Of a stretch of 40,000 bases of DNA, positions 28,106-35,439 are shown piece after piece. Source of the stretch: Planctomycetota bacterium (GTDB lineage Bacteria; Planctomycetota; Phycisphaerae; Phycisphaerales; Phycisphaeraceae). The stretch spans positions 1 through 40,000 of the forward strand of contig JBCDDH010000009.1 of assembly GCA_039180415.1 (NCBI GenBank), written 5' to 3'. Below the pieces are notes generated by a model. The model saw only the letters and a list, made by a program, of their open reading frames with translations, made no database searches and was not told the DNA's origin. Made by a program: the position numbers and the translations under genes. Position 1 is the first letter of the stretch. Each line of letters starts with the position of its first letter.

Positions 28106-28603
28106 TCAGGCGGCGAGGGACCGCATCGCGTAGGCATCGCGCGTTTTGCGGGTGACCCAGGTCAGCTCGTAGGCCAGCGCGACGACCGCCAGCAGGGTGG
28201 CGGGCAAAAGAACGATCCAGAAACCACCGAACCACGGGTCGCCGTTCCAAGGATTCAACAGGTCGAGATCTTGGCGGCTCCAGCTTTCCGCGATCACCAC
28301 ATACAGCACGGGCATCGCGAACAGGCAACGCACCGCGGAGAGGCCATAGTCCCGTAGCCCGGGGCGGAAGCCGCGCTGAAATTCTCGAACCAGTCGGCCC
28401 GATCGACCCAGGCGCATCACCGCGACGATCGCTTTTTCTTGCGGGGATAACGGCAGCCCGTCGAAGGCCGAAAGGTTGGTGCGTAGGTGGTCTTCGAGTT
28501 CGTCACGCTGCGCCCGCGACAGCCCGGACAGCGACCGTCGCCACCGCGCGATCGATAGCTCGGTTTCGCTCGCGCCGTGTGGTGTGTTTATGTCGTCGGG
28601 CAT
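28106..28603 (-). CDS. PadR-associated membrane protein, paralog 4 (prefix domain plus 2 TM)
   Basis: ATG at complement of 28601-28603 gives MPDDINTPHGASETELSIARWRRSLSGLSRAQRDELEDHLRTNLSAFDGLPLSPQEKAIVAVMRLGRSGRLVREF, then two hydrophobic helices. Confidence 0.75.
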   Translation of the reverse strand: MPDDINTPHGASETELSIARWRRSLSGLSRAQRDELEDHLRTNLSAFDGLPLSPQEKAIVAVMRLGRSGRLVREFQRGFRPGLRDYGLSAVRCLFAMPVLYVVIAESWSRQDLDLLNPWNGDPWFGGFWIVLLPATLLAVVALAYELTWVTRKTRDAYAMRSLAA

Positions 28604-28690
28604 GGCTTGAGTCCCCAAAGGTCGGCGAGGGAGTTGTGGACGGCGAGCCAGCCACGGCGTTGATCGCGCGGGCGTTCGCCGGATGCACGT
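28604..28690 (-). pseudogene. Relic of a PadR gene 3' end (between paralogs 5 and 4)
   Basis: The minus strand contains ...WLAVHNSLADLWGLKPCPTT* (frameshifted further upstream), near-identical to the intact PadR tail, and again overlaps the MPDDIN start codon of the downstream paralog. Confidence 0.75.
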
Positions 28691-29416
28691 TTAGGCGGTG
28701 CGGAATCGACGCCACCCCACCCACAGTGCGATGCCGGGCAGGATCAACGGCAGGACGACTTGATGCATCCAGAACTGGATGTCGTGGTACGCCCGGAATT
28801 TCACCAAATCATTGAAGTTCGCCGCTTGCTGATCGATCCCCGGCAGCGCGACCCACCGGGCGAGTAACGGTGTGGCCGTCAACACCACAAGCGCAACCCA
28901 CAGCGAGAAACCCAGTGAAGTTGAGGCGTTTGGACGATACTTTCGTTCGCGTACGAGTCGGCCACGGCCCAGCAGAACGATCCCCACGCAAAGTCCGGCG
29001 ATCAAGAGCCCGTTGGTGGTTGCGATCAAGCCGAACCATCCCGCGTACGGCAGGACGACCTCTTCGGTCAGGACCAACGCCGAGATAAACAGCCAGCCGG
29101 TGAGGTGTTGGTACGCAAGAAACCCCAGCACGCCCGCGGCCATCCAGGTCAGGCGTCGGGACCACAGCCGACCGCCCGACGAGCGTGTGAATTCCCGCAC
29201 GAGCGCGTCGGGATGGCCGATGCGGCATGTGGCGATCGTGAATCGCTCCGTCGGGGACAGCGCTCTCAACGAGGGGTCCTGCATCGACCGCTGAAGATGG
29301 TCTTCGAGTTCGTCGATTGCCGGTGGATCGAGCATGCCGTCGGACGCGACGCGGTGACGCCAGCCGCGGACGAGCGTATCGAGTTCGGCCGGTTCGCGGT
29401 TCACGTCGTCGGGCAT
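28691..29416 (-). CDS. PadR-associated membrane protein, paralog 5 (prefix domain plus about 4 TM)
   Basis: ATG at complement of 29414-29416, 16 nt inside the PadR gene. Sequence: MPDDVNREPAELDTLVRGWRHRVASDGMLDPPAIDELEDHLQRSMQDPSLRALSPTERFTIATCRIGHPDALVREF, then four hydrophobic helices. Confidence 0.78.
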   Translation of the reverse strand: MPDDVNREPAELDTLVRGWRHRVASDGMLDPPAIDELEDHLQRSMQDPSLRALSPTERFTIATCRIGHPDALVREFTRSSGGRLWSRRLTWMAAGVLGFLAYQHLTGWLFISALVLTEEVVLPYAGWFGLIATTNGLLIAGLCVGIVLLGRGRLVRERKYRPNASTSLGFSLWVALVVLTATPLLARWVALPGIDQQAANFNDLVKFRAYHDIQFWMHQVVLPLILPGIALWVGWRRFRTA

Positions 29417-29745
29417 GGCTTGATTCCCCAAAGGTCGGCGAGGGTGTTGTGGACGGCGAGCCAGTCGCGGCGCTGTTCTTGCAGCGCGGTGTGGCCGGAT
29501 TGTTCGAGGCGGTAGTACTTGCGGCGTCGGCCGGTGTCGGGGGCGGTGTCCCAGCGGCTCTTGATGTGGCCCTGTTTTTCGAGCTTGTGGAGGACGGGGT
29601 AGAGCATGCCGTCGGTCCACTCGAGGTGGCCGCCGGAGCGTCGCTTGACTTCCTGGAGGATGGCGTAGCCGTAGGACTCGCCTTGCTCGAGGATGGAGAG
29701 CACGAGCGGTCGGGCGGAGGCGGCGACGAGGTCTTTGCCGGGCAT
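29401..29745 (-). CDS. PadR-family transcriptional regulator
   Basis: MPGKDLVAASARPLVLSILEQGESYGYAILQEVKRRSGGHLEWTDGMLYPVLHKLEKQGHIKSRWDTAPDTGRRRKYYRLEQSG is the classic PadR winged-helix pattern. An upstream ATG at 29760 lies inside the predicted promoter, so 29745 is preferred. Confidence 0.88.
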   Translation of the reverse strand: MPGKDLVAASARPLVLSILEQGESYGYAILQEVKRRSGGHLEWTDGMLYPVLHKLEKQGHIKSRWDTAPDTGRRRKYYRLEQSGHTALQEQRRDWLAVHNTLADLWGIKPCPTT

Positions 29746-29751
29746 GGCAGT

Positions 29752-29794
29752 ATGATGCATTGAAGATCAATGTATGTCAAGCGCGGCGACATAC
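29752..29794 (-). promoter_or_regulatory. Candidate padR promoter with overlapping inverted-repeat operator
   Basis: The minus strand reads GTATGTCgccgcgcTTGACATACattgatcttcaatgCATCATactgccATG. Perfect -35 TTGACA (29775-29780), 17-nt spacer, -10-like CATCAT (29752-29757), with the ATG 6 nt later (leaderless-like). Perfect inverted repeat GTATGTC-N9-GACATAC (29772-29794) contains ATGT/ACAT half-sites and overlaps the -35. Confidence 0.45.
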
Positions 29795-30027
29795 GATTTC
29801 GGGTTTCTCCGGCTTGAGGCGCAAGCGTGTCAACTTGGCGGGTCTGCTTGGGCGTGCCTTGTTATGCTCGTTTGAGCCGTTTTGGACGATTTGGGGTGGC
29901 CCAGACCAGGCGGCGAACACCGCGTGTCCTCGGCCCGGGCGCGTGGGCGGGTTGTTCGGCCGGCGGCGGACGTCGGCCGGCTCGCGCCGTGATCCCCGGG
30001 CCGTCCGTACGAAGGAAGGTAATTGCG

Positions 30028-30282
30028 ATGTTGAACAAGTTTCTGATGATGCTGGCGTTGGGTGTGTTCACCGTGTCGATCGTGGCGTGCGAGCAGGCCG
30101 AGACCGATCTGGAGTCGGCCGCGGGCGAGGTCGAAGCCGCCGCCGGTGACGCCGCCGAGGCCGCGGAAGGGACCGCGGGCGACATGATGGAAGCCGCCGA
30201 AGAAGCCGCGGGCGACGCGGCCGAGGCCGCGGAAGACGCGGCGGAAGAGGCCGGCGAAGCATTGAACAACGTGCTGAACTAA
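30028..30282 (+). CDS. Small acidic Ala/Glu-rich lipoprotein with internal repeat
   Basis: GAAGGAAGG upstream of ATG 30028. MLNKFLMMLALGVFTVSIVAC (lipobox-like IVAC), then AAGDAAEAAE-type repeats. A 25-nt near-identical direct repeat at 30145-30169 and 30211-30235 (2 mismatches, 66-nt period). Confidence 0.7.
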   Translation: MLNKFLMMLALGVFTVSIVACEQAETDLESAAGEVEAAAGDAAEAAEGTAGDMMEAAEEAAGDAAEAAEDAAEEAGEALNNVLN

Positions 30283-30306
30283 GCCGCGTTTTCAGAGAAG
30301 ATCACG

Positions 30307-30339
30307 CCGCCGACCCGTGAGCGCGGGTCGGCGGTTTTT
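30307..30339 (+). terminator. Rho-independent terminator
   Basis: Perfect 11-bp stem CCGCCGACCCG (30307-30317) / CGGGTCGGCGG (30324-30334), 6-nt loop, then TTTTT (30335-30339). Confidence 0.8.
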
Positions 30340-30418
30340 GTGCGCGACGCCGGGTGGCGTTGGGATAGACTCGGGCCGCCTGCGAGGTGTTTCGTTCAAA
30401 CCGCACGAGGAATCAGGG

Positions 30419-31120
30419 ATGGCCACGATCAAAGAGAAGATGGGTTCGCTGCTGGGCAAGATGCGCGGCAACGGCCCGGCCCGGAAGTACGACGTCGCCC
30501 GGATCGAAGGCATGCCCGACCCGGAGCAGAAAAAGCAGGTCACGCTCGCCGAGATCAAGCAGGGCTACGGCGAGATCGTCGACACGATGCAGGCCCTGCG
30601 GTCGCACCTGGAAGACACGCAACAGCGTCAGGCCCAGATGGCCCAGATGATGGAGGGGTTGCCCGCCGTCCTGAGCAGCCTCCCCGAGGCGACGCGCACG
30701 CAGACCCAGCTCATCCGCGCGATCGGCTCGCACCTCGAGAGCCAGAACACGACCAACGGCCACCTGACCGAGGCGATCCAAGGCCTGAGCAAGTCGGCCG
30801 ATCGGCAAGACGACACGCTCGGCCAGATCCGCGAACACCTGGTCGGCGAAAGCGACACGCGGCGCGAGCTGCACACCGGGGTGCTGGCCTTGAACAGCAC
30901 GCTGGAGAGCGTCGAGGCGAGCAACCTCGCCGCCAAAGACGCGCTCACCTCGGCGCAAGACCAGGCGCGTCAGAGCGAAGAGCGCATGGCCGAGCTGTAC
31001 CGCAAGGGGCAGCGCACGAACATGGTGATGCTGCTGCTCAGCGCCGTCATGGTGGCGGCGGCGGTGGGGGTGGTGGCGTGGCTGGTGGTCAACGGCGGGG
31101 CGGGCACGTCGGCGGGTTGA
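30419..31120 (+). CDS. Tail-anchored coiled-coil protein, unknown function
   Basis: GAGGAA upstream of ATG 30419. Gln/Leu/Glu-rich heptad-like sequence (LRSHLEDTQQRQAQMAQMMEGL..., LNSTLESVEASNLAAKDALTSAQDQARQSEERMAELY) and a single C-terminal TM (MVMLLLSAVMVAAAVGVVAWLVV). Confidence 0.7.
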   Translation: MATIKEKMGSLLGKMRGNGPARKYDVARIEGMPDPEQKKQVTLAEIKQGYGEIVDTMQALRSHLEDTQQRQAQMAQMMEGLPAVLSSLPEATRTQTQLIRAIGSHLESQNTTNGHLTEAIQGLSKSADRQDDTLGQIREHLVGESDTRRELHTGVLALNSTLESVEASNLAAKDALTSAQDQARQSEERMAELYRKGQRTNMVMLLLSAVMVAAAVGVVAWLVVNGGAGTSAG

Positions 31121-31135
31121 CGGCGTCGGGCGGAG

Positions 31136-31870
31136 TCAGTCGTCGTCGTATTCGTCCTCGTCTGCATCGGGCCGGCCGCTGCTGAGCCGGAAGACGAGCC
31201 AGGTGCCCGCCAGGACCCAGATCAAGTCGGTCCAACGCCACGCGCGCCGCGCCGTTTCACGTCGCACCGCCTGGCCGCCGGGGCGGTTGACGTACCACGC
31301 GACGATCTCCTGCTGCTCCGCGTCGCCCAGCGTTTCCAGGAACCGGCGGGCCTGCGTTTCGGGGCGGACCGGCGGGGGGCTGGCGTTCGCCGGGGGTTGC
31401 GTCTCGGCGTCGTCTTTTCCGGGCTCCGCGGCGCTCGGCGTGTCCTCTTCGGCTTGGGCTTTCGCCTCGGCCCGGCGTGCTTCGAGCTCCGCGATCGGGT
31501 CGACGAGCAGCCCTTTTGTTTCCATCCAGGCGACGGCGGCGCTGGTCACCAGCCCCGGGTCTTGCTCCAGCTCGCCGGCCGAGACGTGCTGCCGGCCCAC
31601 CATCGTCGCCGTGCCCCACGCCACGCCGGCGCTGAGCGCCAGCAGCGCCGCCGCTCCCAACGCCGTGCCGCGTGACGGGCTCCACGCGGCCTGCCGCCAG
31701 GACCAGGCCACCGCTAAACCCACCAGCGGCGCCGCCCACGCCAAACGCCAGCCGCTGAACACCGACGCCAACCCCCAGGCCATGCCCAGCCCCAGCGCGA
31801 TCACCAGCGCCCAACCGACCACGCCGCGCCGGTAGGTCGGTTCGCTCCCGTACACCAATTCGTCGTTCAA
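31136..31870 (-). CDS. Polytopic membrane protein with acidic linker and acidic tail, unknown function
   Basis: VVGWALVIALGLGMAWGLASVF, LAWAAPLVGLAVAWSW, ALGAAALLALSAGVAWGTATMV, an acidic linker, then LIWVLAGTWLVFRL and ...DADEDEYDDD. Confidence 0.65.
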   Translation of the reverse strand: MNDELVYGSEPTYRRGVVGWALVIALGLGMAWGLASVFSGWRLAWAAPLVGLAVAWSWRQAAWSPSRGTALGAAALLALSAGVAWGTATMVGRQHVSAGELEQDPGLVTSAAVAWMETKGLLVDPIAELEARRAEAKAQAEEDTPSAAEPGKDDAETQPPANASPPPVRPETQARRFLETLGDAEQQEIVAWYVNRPGGQAVRRETARRAWRWTDLIWVLAGTWLVFRLSSGRPDADEDEYDDD

Positions 31871-31919
31871 AGCGGGCCTCTCTCGGGGCAGGTTTCGGGG
31901 CCGTCGGGTGGCCGGGCGG

Positions 31920-32729
31920 TCACCGCGCCACGTACGGATGCAGCTTGTTCACCGCCCAGTTCAACTCGTCGAACGGGTCGGTGTCTCCGCCGTCCACCGG
32001 CGTGTTCATCCAGATCACGTCGTCTTGCCCCATCGCCGAGACGTGGCCGTCGAGGAACAGCCAGTTCGGAGCTTTGTTGTTGTGCAGCTGCACGCCCACG
32101 TAGAAGTCGAACCACTCGCGCTGGTTCTGCGTGTCGGGGTTGTCGATGACTTCCTCGTTGAGGCCCGGGGCGTTGATGTAGTCGGCGACGGAGTACCCGC
32201 CGGAGAACTGCGGCAACTCGCCCAGGCCCACAAGAGACGAGGTGTCGCGGACCAGGTGCATGTTGGAGTTGAAGTAGTGCTGCGGCTCGAAGAGCTCTTC
32301 GATCTCGGGCCGGGAGAGGTAGCGGTTGACGCCGTAGCTGGAGCGGCGGAACCAGCCGGACATGTTCGGGGGCGAGCGGGTCCAGAACGGGCTGTCGTCG
32401 CTGGGGCAGCGGGCGAAGTCTTCGGGTTCGGCGGTGAAGTACCGCTCCGTCCGCTTGATCCACGAGCCCTGGAAAGCGATCTCGGGGATGCGGTTGCGTG
32501 CTTCGAGCGGCGTGCCGGGCAGGTTATCGGTGGGGTAACGCTTGCCGGCGCGTTCCTCGATAGCCATTTCGAAGCCCAGCCCGAGCTGCTTCATATTGCT
32601 CGCGCACACCACGCCGCGGGCGACGCCCCGTGCGCTGTTGAGCGACGGCAGGAGGATGCCCATCAACAGGCTGATGATGCTGATGACCACGAGCAGTTCG
32701 ATCAGCGTGAAGCCCCTTCGGAAAGTCAT
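31920..32729 (-). CDS. Prepilin-type N-terminal methylation domain protein (DUF1559-like pseudopilin)
   Basis: ATG at complement of 32727-32729 gives [34 protein letters not shown], with C-terminal ...[12 protein letters not shown] (H-x9-DG-like end typical of DUF1559). Confidence 0.88.
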   Translation of the reverse strand: MTFRRGFTLIELLVVISIISLLMGILLPSLNSARGVARGVVCASNMKQLGLGFEMAIEERAGKRYPTDNLPGTPLEARNRIPEIAFQGSWIKRTERYFTAEPEDFARCPSDDSPFWTRSPPNMSGWFRRSSYGVNRYLSRPEIEELFEPQHYFNSNMHLVRDTSSLVGLGELPQFSGGYSVADYINAPGLNEEVIDNPDTQNQREWFDFYVGVQLHNNKAPNWLFLDGHVSAMGQDDVIWMNTPVDGGDTDPFDELNWAVNKLHPYVAR

Positions 32730-32841
32730 GGCCGAACTCGCTTCCTGGAAAAAAGAGTAGGGAGTCCGCGTCAGCATACCGCCCGGACGCAGGCCAAGGA
32801 AGCGAAAATCGGCGACGATCTGCGTAGAGCCCGAGGGCGGG

Positions 32842-33771
32842 TCACGTTCGCTCGACGGAGCCGCGGCCGGGGCGGCGGAGTTTTCGGGCCAGACGCACGC
32901 CCAACTCGTGGACCAGCCGTCGCAGCGGCACTCGCGTGAGGTCGCGCTCGGCCGACAGGTAGATCGGCACCGAGCCGACCGCGTCGTCGTCGCGGTCCGA
33001 CGCGGAGGCGAACGCGTGCTGCGACGCCGTGCGGACCTCGAGCGGCCGAGCGAACGGCGCGTCGGAGGTTTTGCGCAGCCAGACGTTCAGCACGCCGTCG
33101 CGCTGCGTGAGCCCTGCCCAGGCCTCGGGGTCGCAGTCGGCCCGATCGGGCGGGGCCAGCGCGGCGGGGTCTTCGTCCTCGAACGTGTCGAGCACGGGTC
33201 GGCGCGGGGCACCCTGCGGCCCGGTGAGCCAGAGCGCGAGCACCTCGTACCCGTTGGCGTCGGCGAGGTCGCGGAAGAGCAGCGGGTGATACGAAAAGTA
33301 TCCGTGCCCGAGGTAGCCGACGCACGGCAGCTGGTGGGCGATGACGCCGCCGACTTTGACGGCCTCGTGCGCGACGCGGAAGGCGTGGTCTTGGCCGATC
33401 AGGTGCTCGGTGGTCCCGAAGTTGAGCACGACGTCGAACGAGCCGCGCTCGTCTTCGGGCAGGCGTTCGCGGTTGAGGTCGAACACCCGCGTCGCCGCGC
33501 CCGGGCAGACGTCCAGCGCGAGGTACGGGCCGGCCGCGACGGCCATCACTTCCGCCAGGTCGACCAAGTTTTGCGGCAGCCGCGGGTCGCCGAGCAGGGC
33601 TTCGCGGGCGTCGCCGGGCTCGTGCGAACTCGGCGTCACCGCGTCGAGGAACGCGGCGACCTGCTCGCGCGTGCCCAGCAGGCGCTGCGTCCCGAAGTCC
33701 AACACCGCGGCGCCCCGCGGCCAATGCCCCGCGTCGGCGAGGGCCTGGAGGAACTGGACGTGACAACCCAT
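32842..33771 (-). CDS. Class I SAM-dependent methyltransferase-like protein
   Basis: AAVLDFGTQ (motif I-like), [26 protein letters not shown]. The family assignment is by motif pattern only. Confidence 0.65.
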   Translation of the reverse strand: MGCHVQFLQALADAGHWPRGAAVLDFGTQRLLGTREQVAAFLDAVTPSSHEPGDAREALLGDPRLPQNLVDLAEVMAVAAGPYLALDVCPGAATRVFDLNRERLPEDERGSFDVVLNFGTTEHLIGQDHAFRVAHEAVKVGGVIAHQLPCVGYLGHGYFSYHPLLFRDLADANGYEVLALWLTGPQGAPRRPVLDTFEDEDPAALAPPDRADCDPEAWAGLTQRDGVLNVWLRKTSDAPFARPLEVRTASQHAFASASDRDDDAVGSVPIYLSAERDLTRVPLRRLVHELGVRLARKLRRPGRGSVERT

Positions 33772-33821
33772 GGCAACCTCGCGCAGGCCGTTGGCCCGCG
33801 GCTACTGGAGTGCATTTCCGA

Positions 33822-35348
33822 TCAACCCGCCGTCAAACCGCGGTACAGCTCCTGAACGCGTTGGCTCTGGTTGCGGCGGACGTTGTCGAGCGTGAGCCGG
33901 GCGATCTGGTACTCGGCCGATTCCTCGGGCATCAGCCGGCAGTGCTCCTGGATCACGCCGTACATGAACTTGAACGCGTCGCGCGGCTGGTGCATCTGGT
34001 CGAGCGCATCGATGAGCATAGAGCGATCGACGTCGTCGGTGAACAGGCCGGTCAGGGACATCGGCTCGCTGTTGATCGGCCGGACGATGTTGAGCCGGCT
34101 GGTGCACAGGTCGTAGAGCGTCGCGCCGGACCAGGTGAGGCGGTCGATCTTGTTTTGCTTGTCGAGGCGTGCCTTCTCGTAGAACTCGCGCGACTCCTTG
34201 TCGAGCAGGTACGACAGCTCGATGGGCAGGAGCAGCTTGACGCCGACGTCTTCCTGCTTGAGGAACTTGTTGTCGAACATGGGCCAGACGATGGCCCGCA
34301 TCTTTTGTGGGTCGCTCTGGACGATGGTGGGTTCGTCCATGCGGTCCACGAGGAACATGATGCCGTTGTAGCCGAGCGACTTGAGGATCGAGACGAAGCG
34401 GCGGGTCAGTTGGAACCGGTTGTCGCGGGGGCCGTCCTTGTCGGTGTGCGGCTCGGGCAGGGGTTGGCCGGTGAGGGTGCGCGGGGCGGTGTTGCCGAGC
34501 ATCGCCTTGAGCTGGTCGGCGGTGCGGTGGACGGCGGGCATCTCCTTGAGCACGCGTCGGGCCTGCTTCCAGAGCGTGAAGCCGCCGACGATCCACATGA
34601 AAAAGCCGCCGAGCGTCATCGCGCTGGTGAGGATCACCGTGGCGACGACCCACATCGGCACGCTGTTTTGCATCACGAACCACGCGGTGCCGAAGCCCGC
34701 CGCCGCGACCGCGCCGATGACCCCGACCCACAGCCAGAATGCTAGCGGCAGGCCCGCGCCCAGGCGGAGTTTTTTGGAAAGCAACGCGTGGCGTTCGACC
34801 GGGTCGCCCGAGCCGGGATTGTCATAAAGCATCGCGAGGACCGCGAGGTCACGCCGCTTTTCCTTCGGGAGTTTCTTCAACGCCTTGGCCAGCTTCTCGG
34901 GCATCGGGACCTCGGGCGTGCCCTCGCCGGCGAGGATGGCGTCCACCACCTTGGTCACGGCGAGGCTCAGCATCGCGTCCTGGTGGTCCTCGAGCCGGAG
35001 TGAATCCAGCATCTTGTTCGCGTCTTGCCGCTTGGCGCGTTGGAGCTGGTCGAGCACGGGGTTGAGGTCGTCGTAGGCGACGGTGAGCACACGGCGGTCC
35101 GGATGATCCTGGTTGTGTTTCTGGACGTGCTCTTCGATGTCGATGCGGATGGCGGTCTTGCCCGAGCCCTTTTCGCCGAAGACGACGGCGGTGGCGGGGT
35201 TGTCGATCCGGCCGAGGATCTTGGCGAAGTCGGGGTGCTGCGGGTTGGCGTCGCCGAGCTTCGCGAACACGGGGTCGAGCCGGGCCTCCTCCGCGGTGAA
35301 CGGGTTCTCGGTGAGCTGGTGATGCTTGAGGAAGGACTGGACGTTCAT
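33822..35348 (-). CDS. P-loop NTPase with a two-helix membrane insertion between Walker A and Walker B (KAP-like topology)
   Basis: N-terminus FLKHHQLTENPFTAEEARLDPVF (ExeA/AAA-like NPF start). Walker A VVFGEKGSGKTAI (res 55-67). Hydrophobic helices LPLAFWLWVGVIGAVAAAGFGTAWFV and MWVVATVILTSAMTLGGFFMWIVGGFTLW (res about 199-260; nt 34569-34754). Walker B-like GIMFLVDRMDEP (res 329-340). Confidence 0.8.
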   Translation of the reverse strand: MNVQSFLKHHQLTENPFTAEEARLDPVFAKLGDANPQHPDFAKILGRIDNPATAVVFGEKGSGKTAIRIDIEEHVQKHNQDHPDRRVLTVAYDDLNPVLDQLQRAKRQDANKMLDSLRLEDHQDAMLSLAVTKVVDAILAGEGTPEVPMPEKLAKALKKLPKEKRRDLAVLAMLYDNPGSGDPVERHALLSKKLRLGAGLPLAFWLWVGVIGAVAAAGFGTAWFVMQNSVPMWVVATVILTSAMTLGGFFMWIVGGFTLWKQARRVLKEMPAVHRTADQLKAMLGNTAPRTLTGQPLPEPHTDKDGPRDNRFQLTRRFVSILKSLGYNGIMFLVDRMDEPTIVQSDPQKMRAIVWPMFDNKFLKQEDVGVKLLLPIELSYLLDKESREFYEKARLDKQNKIDRLTWSGATLYDLCTSRLNIVRPINSEPMSLTGLFTDDVDRSMLIDALDQMHQPRDAFKFMYGVIQEHCRLMPEESAEYQIARLTLDNVRRNQSQRVQELYRGLTAG

Positions 35349-35439
35349 GGCCGGCTTGCGTTGGAGTTTTGGCAGGGCTTCCGGGGTTAGACTCGCGGAT
35401 CGTACCGGAGGACGGTACGGGTTTGCGGATGAATTGACG

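Noticed and set aside
25992-29416. The five paralogous membrane proteins as anti-sigma factors of the neighbouring ECF sigma (25163..25639)
   Set aside because: Their N-terminal domains lack the zf-HC2/RskA-type anti-sigma pattern (no Cys/His motif). The relic PadR tails and start-codon overlap tie them genetically to PadR. A pseudogene fragment also separates them from the sigma gene.
29827-30027. N-terminal extensions of tracked ORFs (29827..30282, 30317..31120, 12723..13889, 13658..14905, 31920..32777, 37375..38694, 37639..38988, 35326..37035)
   Set aside because: The extensions are Arg/Pro-rich or overlap neighbouring genes or terminators. Internal ATG starts preceded by SD-like purine runs, or followed by signal-peptide, lipobox or family-typical N-termini, fit better.
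35401-35419. Perfect hairpin CGTACCG-gagga-CGGTACG 20 nt upstream of trpE, considered as a trp attenuator
   Set aside because: No U-tract follows, and I saw no convincing leader peptide with tandem Trp codons or an alternative antiterminator pairing. It may still be a minor 5'-UTR structure, but I cannot support an attenuator call.
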